Assembly (NCBI GenBank): GCA_018969455.1
Contig: JAGWYI010000001.1
Coordinates: forward strand, 1 to 54,763
Source: Bacteroidota bacterium
GTDB taxonomy: Bacteria > Bacteroidota > Bacteroidia > Chitinophagales > Saprospiraceae
DNA length: 54,763 bases
Direction: 5' to 3'
Both the position numbers and the translations under genes were made by a program. The notes beneath the pieces are model-generated. The model worked only from the letters and a program-made list of their open reading frames with translations. It was not told the origin of the DNA and searched no databases. This document shows positions 10,201 through 20,343 of this stretch, one piece after another (the stretch's first letter is position 1; every line of letters begins with the position of its first letter).

Positions 10201-10506
10201 ATGAGTCAGGTGGAAATTCGCGAGGTGTACAAAATTTCAAAAGTGGGTACGGTGGCAGGTTGTTTCGTACAGGAAGGCAAAATCAGCCGAAATCACTTCC
10301 TGCGCATCATTCGAGATGGGATTGTGGTATACCCAACCAATCCGAACCAGCACGCTGAACTTGCTTCGCTCAAACGATTCAAGGAAGATGCCAAGGAAGT
10401 TAAAGCAGGTTTTGAATGCGGCTTGACCATCAAGAACTTCAATGACATCAAACCAGGTGACGTGCTCGAGTCCTATGTAATTAATGAAGTAAAAGCGACA
10501 GTTTAG
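7294..10506 (+). CDS. infB: Translation initiation factor IF-2
   Basis: 1070 aa. G domain motifs [24 protein letters not shown] and NKIDK, plus C-terminal IF-2 domains. The N-terminal ~400 aa are low complexity. Confidence 0.95.
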   Translation: MAIKLIKVAKEFNVGLHTIVETLHGKGFQVDEKPTTDITDEMLAVLQKEFQKDLVIKQEADKLARPTLKKEPAPLSPPAANTGGTPATPPATRPAMLPPREDGTKTTASPNLPPKTEPAPVSKTPEPELPVRERPALKIVGKIDLDAPKTAPKPPQPAVVEPEMKKPEPTPPVVKPLEEKPATTPTPSPEVPVAEKPSELPSVQKTTPEPPKKEARQDFLKREDPPVPKKQADNRPPKSQESTPVVEKPTPTSTPPTPPPTPPTPPSAEEPKTDELYRADATPLRGLKILGRINLNPPRKPESSSDRNQQGNQQGNNRGGNQQGGQNRDRGGNQNRGGNNQQGGGNRNHPQNQGGGQNRPPNPQGGNQTGGQQQGGTGNNNNNDDAKRKRKRKKVPQQPVTAASLQATMTGNQGDKKGKGRVDAPREVSQKEIEDQIKQTMARLGAGASRKRQKIRRDKRDVMRERAELAEQARSESDKTLQVTEFISVSDLASLLEIKPADIIKSCMALGIFVSINQRLDAEIIELVAGENGYTVQFISAEEQVEVEEEEIDDPKDLRPRQPIVTVMGHVDHGKTSLLDFIRRADVASGEAGGITQHIGAYEVMLDKENEHKKITFLDTPGHEAFTAMRARGAKVTDIAVIVIAADDSIMPQTREAISHAQAAGVPLVFAINKIDKNGADPERIKNELSQMNLLVEEWGGKYQSQDISAKKGLNIDKLLEKVLLEAELLELKANPKRRAVGTVLEASLDKGRGYVTKILVENGTLRKGDPIIAGEFAGKVKAMYNERGKEVKEAGPASPVLVLGLPGAPQAGEKIKVTATDSEAKEIANKRAQIIREQSNRANKRISLEEIGRRLALGNFKELKLIVKGDVDGSVEALSDSLIKLSIEKVAVSVIHKAVGQIVDSDVMLASASDAIIIGFQVRPSITARKLAEKEGVEIKLYSIIYEAIEVVKAAIQGMLEPTKEEEIMSQVEIREVYKISKVGTVAGCFVQEGKISRNHFLRIIRDGIVVYPTNPNQHAELASLKRFKEDAKEVKAGFECGLTIKNFNDIKPGDVLESYVINEVKATV
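8205..8450 (+). repeat. Imperfect short tandem repeats encoding an N/Q/G/R-rich tract inside infB
   Basis: Reiterated ggaaatcagcaagg- and ggcgg-type units. They encode [78 protein letters not shown]. Confidence 0.7.
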
Positions 10507-10529
10507 CACTTCCTTTACAATATTTACCC

Positions 10530-10567
10530 AAAAAATGCCTTCGTTCAAAACGAGGGCATTTTTTTTG
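10530..10567 (+). terminator. Rho-independent terminator of infB
   Basis: aaaatgccttcg / cgagggcatttt stem (one G-U pair) with loop ttcaaaa, followed by a T8 run. It starts 24 nt after the infB stop. Confidence 0.7.
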
Positions 10568-10591
10568 CAGCATCAAATAAAACACAACTTC

Positions 10592-11470
10592 ATGAAAGGA
10601 ATCATTCTTGCCGGCGGATTGGGAACCCGGCTTTATCCACTCACTTTGGCCGTCAGCAAACAATTAATGCCGGTATATGACAAGCCCATGATTTATTACC
10701 CCTTGTCTACGTTGATGCTCGCCGGTATGCGTGAAGTGCTTATTATTTCCACACCGCAAGATTTGCCCAAATTTGAACAATTGCTGGGCGACGGCTCTGA
10801 GCTGGGTATGCAAATTTCCTACGTACCACAATACGAACCCAATGGCCTGGCTCAGGCATTTGTTCTTGGCGCCCACTTTATCGGTTCTGATGATGCGGCA
10901 CTCATTCTGGGTGACAATATTTTTTACGGCGCCGGATTGGGTGAAATGGTCCGTTCCTGTAATAATCCAAACGGCGGTATTGTTTTTGCTTATCAAGTGG
11001 CAGACCCCGAACGTTACGGTGTGGTAGAATTTGATAAAAACCTCACTGCAGTAAGCATTGAAGAAAAACCGGCAGCGCCTAAAAGCAATTTCGCCGTTCC
11101 TGGGCTGTATTTTTATGACAACAGCGTGATTGAGGTAGCCAAAAACCTGAAACCCTCGCCTCGGGGCGAATACGAAATTACGGATGTCAACCGCTACTAC
11201 CTGGAACAAGGCAAATTGTCGGTGCGCCCTATGGGACGCGGCTTTGCCTGGCTCGATACAGGTACACATGCCTCTCTGATGCAAGCCGGACAATTTGTTC
11301 AAGCAATTGAAGAACGTCAGGGACTCAAAATTGGCTGCATTGAAGAAATTGCCTGGGAAATGGGCTTCATCGACGATGCTGGATTAGAAAAACTCGGACA
11401 CAAATACATTAAAAGCGGATATGGAACCTACCTGTTGAATCTTTTAAAATTCCGAATTAGTTTAAAATAA
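10592..11470 (+). CDS. rfbA: Glucose-1-phosphate thymidylyltransferase
   Basis: [19 protein letters not shown]-terminus, [19 protein letters not shown], and [10 protein letters not shown]. The track start at 10535 reads through the infB terminator, so I use ATG 10592. Confidence 0.9.
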   Translation: MKGIILAGGLGTRLYPLTLAVSKQLMPVYDKPMIYYPLSTLMLAGMREVLIISTPQDLPKFEQLLGDGSELGMQISYVPQYEPNGLAQAFVLGAHFIGSDDAALILGDNIFYGAGLGEMVRSCNNPNGGIVFAYQVADPERYGVVEFDKNLTAVSIEEKPAAPKSNFAVPGLYFYDNSVIEVAKNLKPSPRGEYEITDVNRYYLEQGKLSVRPMGRGFAWLDTGTHASLMQAGQFVQAIEERQGLKIGCIEEIAWEMGFIDDAGLEKLGHKYIKSGYGTYLLNLLKFRISLK

Positions 11471-11797
11471 TTCAAAGGGGCTGCAACCTTTTGTTCGCTG
11501 GTATAATCTATATTTTGTGTGGTACGCGATACCATGAAAGGTGGTTCTTGATTCATTCATCATTACTGCCGTACCGAGGCGCCTGAACCTGTACGCCAAT
11601 CACACACCCGTTAAAAATGTATCCATTGCAAGCCGAATTTTGCAATTTGGGTTAGATTGATTTGGAAATCAGGGCATAAAACATTTACTTTCGTGCAAGC
11701 ATTCAGGGCTATTAGCCCTCAGGTTAATGCCTGGTACAGAAACAACAACTGTCGCACCCACACGTTATACGATAATACCCTGGCTTTTAATTCGCAT

Positions 11798-12541
11798 ATG
11801 TCCCGTTTCGAAAAAAATAACCATCGACCCGCCGACTCCTGGATGAGCGAGGAAACCCTTCGGCGGGAATTGAGGTCTGTACGTGCACAACGCCGCTCTA
11901 TTGCTGGGAAAAAAAGCGATTGGCGAACAGGTATGGTGCTTGCGCTTTGTTTGAGTTCACTTGGTGGGCTCTATTATCGGTACTGGCCAACCCAAGAGCA
12001 AGCGATTGAACAAATTGCCGAGGTGCAGCCTGCTGCAATGGTTTTGGGCATACAAACTCCAAAAGCATCAACCCATTCGAAAGTGCCTTCGCGTATGCAA
12101 GCGAACGCGCCCGTACAACGACATCGTAAAAGTAACTCCAGCCCTTGCCCCACCGATGTGATACTTCCCAATGCCTACGCACCCAATTTGTTGCTCGAAC
12201 AACTTTCGGGTACAATGAAATGTTCCAATCACCTGATTCAAACCAAATATCCTGCGCCCGATACCTTGTATGCGCGCCGCAATTGCATGGTTCAAATACC
12301 TTTTGAAGGTACGGTTGATGTGGGACAGGGTGTGTTAAACCTAGCCGTATACAGCAATCAATCAGATAATTATAAAAAAGAAAAGCCTGTATATGAAGAG
12401 CCTTTGTTGCTGGAAAAAACAGGAAAAAGCCAGCGTTATGCTTTGAAACCATTAATGGCGCTTCCACCGGGTTTGTATTATTTTGTAATTGAGAACAAGA
12501 ATGAGCAAACCCTTGCCGTGGGTAAATTTAAGGTGGGCTGA
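11798..12541 (+). CDS. Hypothetical single-pass membrane protein
   Basis: ATG 11798 (MSRFEKNNHRP...), one TM helix (GMVLALCLSSLGGLYY), and a C-terminal region with no motif I recognise. The track start at 11657 is a TTG extension. Confidence 0.45.
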   Translation: MSRFEKNNHRPADSWMSEETLRRELRSVRAQRRSIAGKKSDWRTGMVLALCLSSLGGLYYRYWPTQEQAIEQIAEVQPAAMVLGIQTPKASTHSKVPSRMQANAPVQRHRKSNSSPCPTDVILPNAYAPNLLLEQLSGTMKCSNHLIQTKYPAPDTLYARRNCMVQIPFEGTVDVGQGVLNLAVYSNQSDNYKKEKPVYEEPLLLEKTGKSQRYALKPLMALPPGLYYFVIENKNEQTLAVGKFKVG

Positions 12542-12996
12542 AACGAAAAGTACGGTTTATCAAGGTTTCGACGCCCAAGGCGAAATATACTTTACGCCGC
12601 CAGATTTTGTGCATAACGATCTTTATAAATCATTATAAATCAGCGAAATCCATCCTGATTTATCCACAAAAATCCGGCGAATCCTGGTATAGGAAGCATT
12701 CAGACGACAAAGCGCACCTGAATCTGGCGCGAAAGCGAAATGTTTTAACATAATTGTTGCCTGCATGCTAACATATTCAGGGCCAGTAAAATTTTATCTT
12801 TCACTGTCCCTGAATTGTTAGAGTCTACAAAAATTTATATTTTTCTCTTATATGACCGTCTTTTCCCAGCGGTTTTTCTTTTTTTTAGCCGCAAATTGTA
12901 CTATTATCCCGAGTATTCAGGACAAAAAGTGGCGAATTGGGCTAAAAACGCCCTATTTCTGGGAATATAGCGTTTCAGACTCAAACGTGCCACGTT

Positions 12997-14652
12997 TTAT
13001 TTTTTGAATAAGTCAACAATTGGCTTTCCGGAGTTTCCGTTGGGCTCCATGATGTGCAACATGGCCGCGAGCGTTGGTGCGATGTCGGTAATGTACACAG
13101 GATCGTAGGATTCGCCGGGTTTAATTTTCCAGCCATACCACAAGAGCGGCACATGGGTATCATAAGCATAAGGAGACCCATGGGTAGTTCCGCCCGATTT
13201 GAACAAAAGATCTTCGGAGTGCCAGGCGGGGTCTAGGTGGTAAATGATTTCACCGGAGCGTCGGGGGTGAATTCCACGGCGAATATGGGCAGCAAAAGGA
13301 TAATCTTCGGGCAAAAGCATAAGTGATTCCCGGGAATAAGCATCATAAACACCAGGCTGGGCGTGCAGGTATTGTACAATCACTTGCGCGATGTCGTTGG
13401 GATCCTGATCGAGTTCATCAATGGCATCCCAGTTAAGGTACACCTGTTGATTGACAACTTCCTTAATAAAATCGCCATTAATTGCGAGCGCCTGTCCGAT
13501 GGCGACTTCCAGTTGTTCTTCCAGCTTACTTTCGTCAAACACACCTGCAGGAATGTGCAGATCTTGCAGGTGCTTTGGAGTTTCTGCGCCGCCATGATCG
13601 GCTGTTAGAAAAACCAGGACATTGTTTTTTCCGATTTTTTTGTCGAGATAATCAAAAAAACGAGCCAGATCCTGATCGAGTCGGAGGTATAAATCTTCGG
13701 TTTCCTCGGCGTGAATACCCAGTTGATGGGCGCAGTAATCGGAGCTGGAGAAGCTCACACAAAGGAAATCGGTGATTTCATCGGCGCCGAGTTCATTTCC
13801 TTCAATTGCAGCCTGAGCAAACTCGATGGTAAGGGAATTTCCGAAGGGGGTAAATCGGAGTATTCCGAAGCCATCGGCCTTATTGATCGTTTTTAAGTCA
13901 TGCGGGAATCCACCCTTGAAGTTTTTGGAGTAGGTTCCATCGTCGTATCGGTCCCAGTTTTTAAAACTTTCGGTATAGGGCGTTTGCAACAATTTATCCC
14001 AGGTTTGGGTCATGTAGTGTTCGCACAATTTGCGGTCGTTAAAATCGCGTACCCATTTAGGCAGGCTAGAATCGGCTGGTTGGTAATAAGAGGAGGTGAT
14101 AAATTGGCCGGAATTATCATCGAACCAGAAAGCGCCATTTGGAATATGTCCGGCAGGCAGAATACTTGCGCGGTCTTTCAGGCAAACACCGATTACTTTG
14201 GATTGAAAGTTATTAGACAATCTCAATTCGTCGGTGATGGTGGAGCTAAGCAATACAGCGGGGGAGTGTTGGCCTACGGTTTTTTTTATACCTGGCGGCA
14301 CGGCTTTTACCGTAGTATCGGTTGTTACGTATCGGTGTTTGCGCCATTCGGGATCGTACCAATCGTTGGCGATAATACCAGAAACAGCAGGAACGGCGCC
14401 CGTGTAAATGGCTGCATGTCCGGGCGCTGTATAGGTAGGCATGAAGTTGTAATGGGTATTTTCGCAGGAGAACCCGTCTCGAATCAATCGATTAAAACCG
14501 GCTGGTCCGTATTTGGCTTGATAGCGATAGAGGTAATCATACCGCATTTGGTCGACCACAATGCCAACAATTAGCTTTGGCTTAACAGGCACATTTTGGG
14601 CGAAACAGGCCAAATACCCCAGGGAGCAAAAGAAAACGAGCGTTTTACGCAT
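12997..14652 (-). CDS. Alkaline phosphatase / nucleotide pyrophosphatase family protein (PafA-like), secreted
   Basis: Signal peptide MRKTLVFFCSLGYLACFAQ, plus GIVVDQMRYDYLYRY, PTYTAPGHA (nucleophile Thr context) and LTADHGG. The track start at 14853 would overlap the divergent nitroreductase gene, so I use ATG 14652. Confidence 0.75.
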   Translation of the reverse strand: MRKTLVFFCSLGYLACFAQNVPVKPKLIVGIVVDQMRYDYLYRYQAKYGPAGFNRLIRDGFSCENTHYNFMPTYTAPGHAAIYTGAVPAVSGIIANDWYDPEWRKHRYVTTDTTVKAVPPGIKKTVGQHSPAVLLSSTITDELRLSNNFQSKVIGVCLKDRASILPAGHIPNGAFWFDDNSGQFITSSYYQPADSSLPKWVRDFNDRKLCEHYMTQTWDKLLQTPYTESFKNWDRYDDGTYSKNFKGGFPHDLKTINKADGFGILRFTPFGNSLTIEFAQAAIEGNELGADEITDFLCVSFSSSDYCAHQLGIHAEETEDLYLRLDQDLARFFDYLDKKIGKNNVLVFLTADHGGAETPKHLQDLHIPAGVFDESKLEEQLEVAIGQALAINGDFIKEVVNQQVYLNWDAIDELDQDPNDIAQVIVQYLHAQPGVYDAYSRESLMLLPEDYPFAAHIRRGIHPRRSGEIIYHLDPAWHSEDLLFKSGGTTHGSPYAYDTHVPLLWYGWKIKPGESYDPVYITDIAPTLAAMLHIMEPNGNSGKPIVDLFKK

Positions 14653-14680
14653 AATTTTAACAATTTTGTGAATCCAAGTC

Positions 14681-14688
14681 CAAAGGTA
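14681..14688 (-). promoter_or_regulatory. Candidate -7 box (TACCTTTG on minus strand) for the PafA-like gene
   Basis: Plus strand caaaggta, 29 nt upstream of ATG 14652. Confidence 0.3.
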
Positions 14689-14708
14689 GGTAAAACACAG
14701 TTTCCTGC

Positions 14709-14716
14709 TAACTTTG
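14709..14716 (+). promoter_or_regulatory. Candidate -7 box (TAACTTTG) for the nitroreductase gene
   Basis: Exact TAnnTTTG match 29 nt upstream of ATG 14745. It lies in the divergent region shared with the PafA-like gene. Confidence 0.3.
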
Positions 14717-14744
14717 CAGCCAGTCACAAATACCCAGACAAAAG

Positions 14745-15311
14745 ATGACCCTATCCGAACTGATTCGAAATCGGCGCTCTGTTTTCCCCAAATCGTACAT
14801 TCCGGGCAAAATGATCGATCGGGCTTTGATCGAGGAGCTGCTGGAGCATGCACGATGGGCGCCTACGCATAAAATGACACAGCCCTGGCGTTTCAAAATT
14901 TTCCACAGTGCCGAGAGCCGGGCATCATTGAGTGCGTATTTGCAGCAATATTATCGGGACAACACACCAGAGTCTCAATTTTCGGAGTTGGCCCTGGAGA
15001 AAGCCGGATTTAATCCATTGGCTGCGGGTGCGGTTATAGCCATCTGTTTGGCGTATACCCCCGAGGCCAATTTGCCTGAATTTGAGGAAATTGCGGCGGT
15101 TTCGATGGCGGTACAAAACATGTGGCTTACCTGTACGGAATGGAACCTGGGTTGTTATTGGAGTTCCCCAAAAGCCGCCTTAAGCGCAGCGTCATTTCTC
15201 AATTTGGAGCCCCATGAACGTTGTTTGGGATTATTTTATCTCGGTTGGCACGAATCTCCTGAAGTACCGCGCACCCGAAAGCCCCTGGAATATTTTGCCG
15301 AATGGCGTTAA
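14745..15311 (+). CDS. Nitroreductase family protein
   Basis: 188 aa. LIRNRRSVFPKSY...LLEHARWAPTHKMTQPWRFKIF is the typical nitroreductase N-terminal pattern. Confidence 0.75.
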   Translation: MTLSELIRNRRSVFPKSYIPGKMIDRALIEELLEHARWAPTHKMTQPWRFKIFHSAESRASLSAYLQQYYRDNTPESQFSELALEKAGFNPLAAGAVIAICLAYTPEANLPEFEEIAAVSMAVQNMWLTCTEWNLGCYWSSPKAALSAASFLNLEPHERCLGLFYLGWHESPEVPRTRKPLEYFAEWR

Positions 15312-15324
15312 AATACATCTCCAC

Positions 15325-16722
15325 ATGGTACGTCCAATATTAGAAACGGAACAGAAGGCGCTGGAAATCAATCTGGATGAGCCCATTTACGGTGCATTTG
15401 CCGAAATTGGAGCCGGACAGGAAGTTGCGCGGCATTTTTTTCAGGTAGGCGCTGCGGCGGGTACCATTGCCAAATCGATGAGCGCGTACGACAAAATTGT
15501 TTCTGATGATATTTACGGTCCTGAACTTTTGGGTAAAGGCCGTTATGTATGCGAGTCGCGTTTGTATAAGATGCTCGATCACGAGTATGATTTGATGGAA
15601 GCCCGATTGCGCGTAAGGCATCCAGATCGCACTTTTTTTGCCTTTGCCGATACGGTTGCCGCCATCAATTATACCAAAACCATTAAGGGAGATGGTTGGT
15701 TGGGGCTTCGGTTTCAACTAAAGCCCGATTCGGGCCCCAACGACTTGATTTTGCATGTACGTATGCTCGACCAAGACAACCGGCTGCAACAGCAAGCAGT
15801 TGGAATTTTGGGGGTAAACATGGTGTACGGATGTTACCGCTACTACCAAGATCCGGAGACTTTATTGAAATCCTTGATGGACAATTTGAGGGGCCGGGTA
15901 ATGATAGACATGGTTCGTATCGTAGGGCCCGATTTTCAGTGGGTCGATAACCGGATGATTTGTTTGTGGATGGTAAAGAATGAATTGAGTACGGTTGCCA
16001 TTTTTGGTCCGGACGGCAATAGCATGCATGCTGGCGAATTTTTGTACAAAAAATCCATTTTAATCGCACGGGGCAGTTATCGTCCGCCTACTTTGGTGCA
16101 GGAAGATATGATTCAGCATTCTTTTGCCCAATTTCGGAATGAGCCCGATGTAATTCCGGGAAACGCCTATTTTTTGACAGAAATTACCCTAGACAACCTG
16201 ACATCTGATGGCGCACTGGATGAGCGAGATTTTATGGATCGCGCGCAGTTATTGTGTGGTTTAAATCAAACAGTTGTCATTTCCAACTGCATAAAGCACA
16301 AGGATTTAATAGGTTATTTTTCTGATTACAAAGTGCAAAGTATTGGCTTGGCGATGGGGGTTCGCAAGTTGCAAACCATCATCACCGAAACCTGGACCCA
16401 AAATCCGGACCACATCCTGAGTGCATTTGGCGAACTTTTCCTGAAGAATGTGCGTTTTTACGTATATCCTGCGCTTGACGAGCAAACGGGTGTAATTCTG
16501 ACCAGCAGGACCATTGAAATACCCATGGCAATTCGTTTTTTGTATGAACATTTGCTGGAAAACCGCAACATTGTAGACATAGCAACATATGATCCGAAAA
16601 CCCTGCGCATTCATCACAAGGAAATTTTGCACATGATACAGCAAGGGCAGACAGATTGGGAAAAATATGTACCGGAAGAAGTAGCACATTTGATCCGGTT
16701 GAAACGTTTATTTGTGCGCTAA
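15325..16722 (+). CDS. Conserved-looking protein of unknown function (465 aa)
   Basis: Long clean ORF. ATG 15325 lies 14 nt after the nitroreductase stop. It has a globular, non-repetitive sequence (IYGAFAEIGAGQEVARHFFQVGAAAGTIAKSMSAYDK...), and I cannot assign a family. Confidence 0.6.
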   Translation: MVRPILETEQKALEINLDEPIYGAFAEIGAGQEVARHFFQVGAAAGTIAKSMSAYDKIVSDDIYGPELLGKGRYVCESRLYKMLDHEYDLMEARLRVRHPDRTFFAFADTVAAINYTKTIKGDGWLGLRFQLKPDSGPNDLILHVRMLDQDNRLQQQAVGILGVNMVYGCYRYYQDPETLLKSLMDNLRGRVMIDMVRIVGPDFQWVDNRMICLWMVKNELSTVAIFGPDGNSMHAGEFLYKKSILIARGSYRPPTLVQEDMIQHSFAQFRNEPDVIPGNAYFLTEITLDNLTSDGALDERDFMDRAQLLCGLNQTVVISNCIKHKDLIGYFSDYKVQSIGLAMGVRKLQTIITETWTQNPDHILSAFGELFLKNVRFYVYPALDEQTGVILTSRTIEIPMAIRFLYEHLLENRNIVDIATYDPKTLRIHHKEILHMIQQGQTDWEKYVPEEVAHLIRLKRLFVR

Positions 16723-16752
16723 CCATTCGCTCACCAACTCCATTTTGGAATT

Positions 16753-17199
16753 ATGCGTTTAGAAGTTAAAATTAATGAGGATTTGAAAACGGCCATGAAA
16801 GCCAAGGACGAGCTTGCTTTGCGGGGTATTCGAGCCATTAAGAGTGCCATTTTGTTGGCCAAAACCGACGGTTCGGGCCAGGAACTGGATGAAACCCGGG
16901 AAGTTCAGTTGTTGCAAAAACTGGTGAAAAGTCGGCAGGAATCGATGGATATTTATTTAAAGAACGATCGCGCTGAATTGGCCGAAATTGAACGCCAGGA
17001 AATTGAGGTGATCAAGCGATATCTGCCTGCCATGTTGGAAGGAGAGGAGTTGGAGCAAGCCTTGCGGCAAATTATTGCCGAAACCGGTGCAAGTTCTGCG
17101 AAAGACATGGGAAAAGTCATGGGAGCCGCCAACAAGGCGCTTGCCGGAAAAGCAGAAGGTCGGGCCATATCCGACATGGTAAAAAAATTGCTTTCCTAG
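16753..17199 (+). CDS. GatB/YqeY domain protein
   Basis: 148 aa. The N-terminus LKTAMKAKDELALRGIRAIKSAILLAKT and the C-terminal GKVMGAANKALAGKAEG pattern match the YqeY family. Confidence 0.8.
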   Translation: MRLEVKINEDLKTAMKAKDELALRGIRAIKSAILLAKTDGSGQELDETREVQLLQKLVKSRQESMDIYLKNDRAELAEIERQEIEVIKRYLPAMLEGEELEQALRQIIAETGASSAKDMGKVMGAANKALAGKAEGRAISDMVKKLLS

Positions 17200-17217
17200 T
17201 TTATCCCTGTTTGATTC

Positions 17218-17958
17218 ATGATATTAAGAGCAGATAATTTGGTGCGTCGGTATGGCAAACGGGTTGTGGTACGCGGCGTATCGTTCGATGTAAAACAAGG
17301 CGAAATAGTGGGTTTGCTGGGTCCGAATGGAGCCGGCAAAACCACTTCTTTTTATATGGTGGTGGGATTTATAAAACCAACCGAGGGCAAGGTGTATTTA
17401 AACGAACGCGAAATAACAGAATTGCCCATGTACAAAAGGGCACAAAACGGCATTGGGTATTTGCCGCAAGAGCCAAGCGTTTTTCGGAAATTATCGGTAG
17501 AAGACAACATTAAAGCAGTATTGGAGTTGGGAGGCAGGTCGAAACAAGCCCAGCAAGAGCAATTGGAAACATTGATAGATGAGTTTAATTTACATAAAGT
17601 ACGTAAAAGCAATGGCGATACGCTTTCGGGTGGCGAACGCCGCAGGACCGAGATTGCGCGCGCATTGGCAAGCGACCCGAAATTTATTTTACTTGATGAA
17701 CCTTTTGCCGGCATCGACCCCATTGCAGTAGAAGACATACAATACATTGTGGCCAAATTGAAAACGCGAAACATTGGTATTTTGATAACCGACCATAATG
17801 TTCAGGAAACCCTCAGTATTACAGATCGGGCCTATTTGATGTTTGAGGGCAATATACTGAAAGCCGGTACCGCAGAAGAGTTGGCTGCCGATGAAATGGT
17901 TCGGAATGTTTATTTGGGTAAAAACTTTGAGCTCCGCCGAAAAGTATTGGATTTATAA
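17218..17958 (+). CDS. lptB: LPS export ABC transporter ATP-binding protein LptB
   Basis: Walker [10 protein letters not shown], signature LSGGERRR, Walker [14 protein letters not shown], and the LptB-like C-terminus [10 protein letters not shown]. Confidence 0.85.
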   Translation: MILRADNLVRRYGKRVVVRGVSFDVKQGEIVGLLGPNGAGKTTSFYMVVGFIKPTEGKVYLNEREITELPMYKRAQNGIGYLPQEPSVFRKLSVEDNIKAVLELGGRSKQAQQEQLETLIDEFNLHKVRKSNGDTLSGGERRRTEIARALASDPKFILLDEPFAGIDPIAVEDIQYIVAKLKTRNIGILITDHNVQETLSITDRAYLMFEGNILKAGTAEELAADEMVRNVYLGKNFELRRKVLDL

Positions 17959-18054
17959 GGTCAGTCAGGTCTTTTTTCTTGGTGGATTTTTATTTTGTAC
18001 AAACAACAGCATGTCCGGAATTTGAAATTCAGTTAAAACATCCGAATTTGCAGC

Positions 18055-20343
18055 ATGAAAATAACCCAACATGTGCTGCTGTTTGGGCTGATTATTAGCC
18101 GTTCCTTGCTTTGTGCACAAAGCAATGAGGGTACGGAATTTTGGTTTGGTTATATGCAGCATCGGGATGTAGGCCAAAACACCATGGTGGTTATGGTCAC
18201 CTCAAAATACAACACCCAGGGGACAATACGCATTCCATTACACAATTACCAGCAAACATTTCCGATTTCTGCCAATTCCGTTTCGATCCTTACACTGCCA
18301 AGTTATGTGGAAAATACGCAGTCGGAAATTATTCAAACTACCGGTATTCAAGTGGTAACCGAGCGTCCCTCTTCGGTTTACATACACCAATATCACATGA
18401 GTCGCTCGGAAGCAACCCTTATTCTTCCTGTCAGCGCACTAGGTCATCGATATTATACCATGAGTTATGCGGGTTATGACCAAGGCGCAGTTTACCCTTC
18501 CGAGTTTTTATTGCTTGGCCTGGAAGATTCAACCCTTATCCAGCTTACGGTAAGCGATTGGACGAAGGGGAATAAGGCGCCTGGAAGTACAACGCAGATC
18601 CTCTTGCAACCCGGGCAAACCTATTTGGTGCAAGCTCGAAGCGGGAGTGGTGATCTTTCGGGGAGTTTAATTGAGGGCAATAAAAAATTCAATGTGCTTT
18701 CGGGTTGTACATGGACGGGTGTTCCTGTTGGATGCAGTTTTCGCGACAACCTGCTCGAACAAATGTGGCCAATACCAACCTGGGGGAAACAGTTTATCAG
18801 TGCGCCATTTGCAGAGATGCCTTATGATCTATTTCGAATTTTAGCATCCGAAGATCAGACGTTTGTAACGGTCACTGAAAAGAGTTCGACAACAAATTAT
18901 ACCCTGAATAAGGGCGAATACATCGAGTATCAGGCTTCAGCTCCAACCAAGATTGTTGCCAGTCACCCCATTATGGTGGCACAATATCTCATTGGAAGTA
19001 TGTGCAGCGGCTATTGGGTTGGCGACCCTTCGATGATATTGCTCAACAGCATTTCCCAGATTCGCGACACTGTAACCTTGTATAATTCCCGTTTTGAGGC
19101 CGTTGTTGAGAATTACATCAATTTGATAGCCAAAACGGTCGATTTACCTTATATCACTTTTGACGGTCAGCCGCTGCTGAGTAAAAGTCCGAAAGTTTGG
19201 CCCGTTGATGCCGACACCAGTTTTTCTACCGTTACGCTTTCTGTCCAGGAAGGGCCGCATACCATCATCTCGGAAGGATGCGGGGTTATTGCCTCTGCCT
19301 ATGGATACGGCAATGTAGAGTCCTATGCGTATGGCGGCGGAGCCAGTTTCAGTGCCATTGATGCAGAGAATCTGATTCCAGAGGGCGGCTGCCTGACCGA
19401 TTCTTTGCACTTTTATACCAATTTGAGTCAATCTCGTTTCCAGTTTATTTGGGATCTGGGCGATGGATTTATCGAATCGAGGGCAGAATTTTACCATAAA
19501 TACGCCCAAGTAGGGCGGTATAAGGTGCAGCTTATCTTGTTTGACCAGTGTTTGAACACACGGGATACTTTTGCACGTGAAGTACGCATTAGTTTGCGGC
19601 AGGCCGCAGCCGTGCAAGGCGATTCTGGCGCATGTATCGGCGCCACCTTACAATTAAGCGCAACCGATATTCCGGGTGCGAGCTACAAATGGACGGGGCC
19701 AAATGGATTTTTATCTTTGGAACAAAACCCGGTGCTTGATAACATTAACGCAAGCACGGGGGGCTCTTATGCTGTTGTCGGCACGGTATCGGGGTGTGAA
19801 TCCTACCCTGCTTATGCTCAGGTAGTGGTTTTCCCATCACCAGAGCCTTTTTTGGGGCGTGACACGGTAGTTTGTCCTGAAACCTCGGGTATCCCGCTGC
19901 TGGTGCTTCAGCCGGGCAGCTATCAGGCCTATGCATGGCAGGACCAATCGAGGGGAGCCAATTTTTCGGTGGTCGAAGCAGGAAATTACCAGGTGACTGT
20001 TGAAGACGAGCATGGCTGCAAAGGCAGTGACGAAGTAACGGTGCGCACCATTTGTCCGACCAAATACTACATTCCGAATATTTTCAGTCCAAACAATGAT
20101 GGTTTTAACGATGATTTTGGCATCGATGGGACAGATATTCGAACCCTCGATTTTCGGGTGTATGACCGTTGGGGCGATTTATTGTTTGAAACCCAACATC
20201 CTGATAAGCGATGGGATGGTAATTATCGGGGGAAACCGGTTACGCCGGGTGTTTATGTATGGAAGGCTCGTATTGGGGGATACCGGAGTGACGGAAGCAC
20301 CTACGACACCGTGGAACAAGGCAGTGTCACTGTAATCCGTTGA
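18055..20343 (+). CDS. Secreted T9SS (type B C-terminal domain) cargo protein with an IgGFc-binding-like N-terminal domain and a PKD domain
   Basis: Signal peptide, then TEFWFGYMQH (the N-terminal domain common in Bacteroidota surface proteins) and a PKD-like WDLGDG...Y...G.Y.V segment. The C-terminus YYIPNIFSPNNDGFNDDF...YDRWGDLLFE...WDGNYRGKPVTPGVYVW is the gliding-motility-associated C-terminal domain. Confidence 0.8.
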   Translation: MKITQHVLLFGLIISRSLLCAQSNEGTEFWFGYMQHRDVGQNTMVVMVTSKYNTQGTIRIPLHNYQQTFPISANSVSILTLPSYVENTQSEIIQTTGIQVVTERPSSVYIHQYHMSRSEATLILPVSALGHRYYTMSYAGYDQGAVYPSEFLLLGLEDSTLIQLTVSDWTKGNKAPGSTTQILLQPGQTYLVQARSGSGDLSGSLIEGNKKFNVLSGCTWTGVPVGCSFRDNLLEQMWPIPTWGKQFISAPFAEMPYDLFRILASEDQTFVTVTEKSSTTNYTLNKGEYIEYQASAPTKIVASHPIMVAQYLIGSMCSGYWVGDPSMILLNSISQIRDTVTLYNSRFEAVVENYINLIAKTVDLPYITFDGQPLLSKSPKVWPVDADTSFSTVTLSVQEGPHTIISEGCGVIASAYGYGNVESYAYGGGASFSAIDAENLIPEGGCLTDSLHFYTNLSQSRFQFIWDLGDGFIESRAEFYHKYAQVGRYKVQLILFDQCLNTRDTFAREVRISLRQAAAVQGDSGACIGATLQLSATDIPGASYKWTGPNGFLSLEQNPVLDNINASTGGSYAVVGTVSGCESYPAYAQVVVFPSPEPFLGRDTVVCPETSGIPLLVLQPGSYQAYAWQDQSRGANFSVVEAGNYQVTVEDEHGCKGSDEVTVRTICPTKYYIPNIFSPNNDGFNDDFGIDGTDIRTLDFRVYDRWGDLLFETQHPDKRWDGNYRGKPVTPGVYVWKARIGGYRSDGSTYDTVEQGSVTVIR

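Noticed and set aside
11690-12702. The shared 10-mer aagcattcag on both sides of the hypothetical gene at 11798..12541, as possible flanking direct repeats
   Set aside because: A single 10-nt match between two regions of about 400 bp is within chance expectation. There is no further similarity and no mobility gene.
12852-13007. A 51-aa plus-strand ORF in the long convergent spacer (MTVFSQRFFFFLAANC...)
   Set aside because: It has low-complexity T-rich codons, overlaps the PafA-like stop, and has no promoter or motif. It is probably not coding.
14653-14853. The 67-aa N-terminal extension of the PafA-like ORF
   Set aside because: It would overlap the divergent nitroreductase gene by more than 100 nt. 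The signal peptide begins at ATG 14652, and a -7 box lies 29 nt upstream of that ATG.
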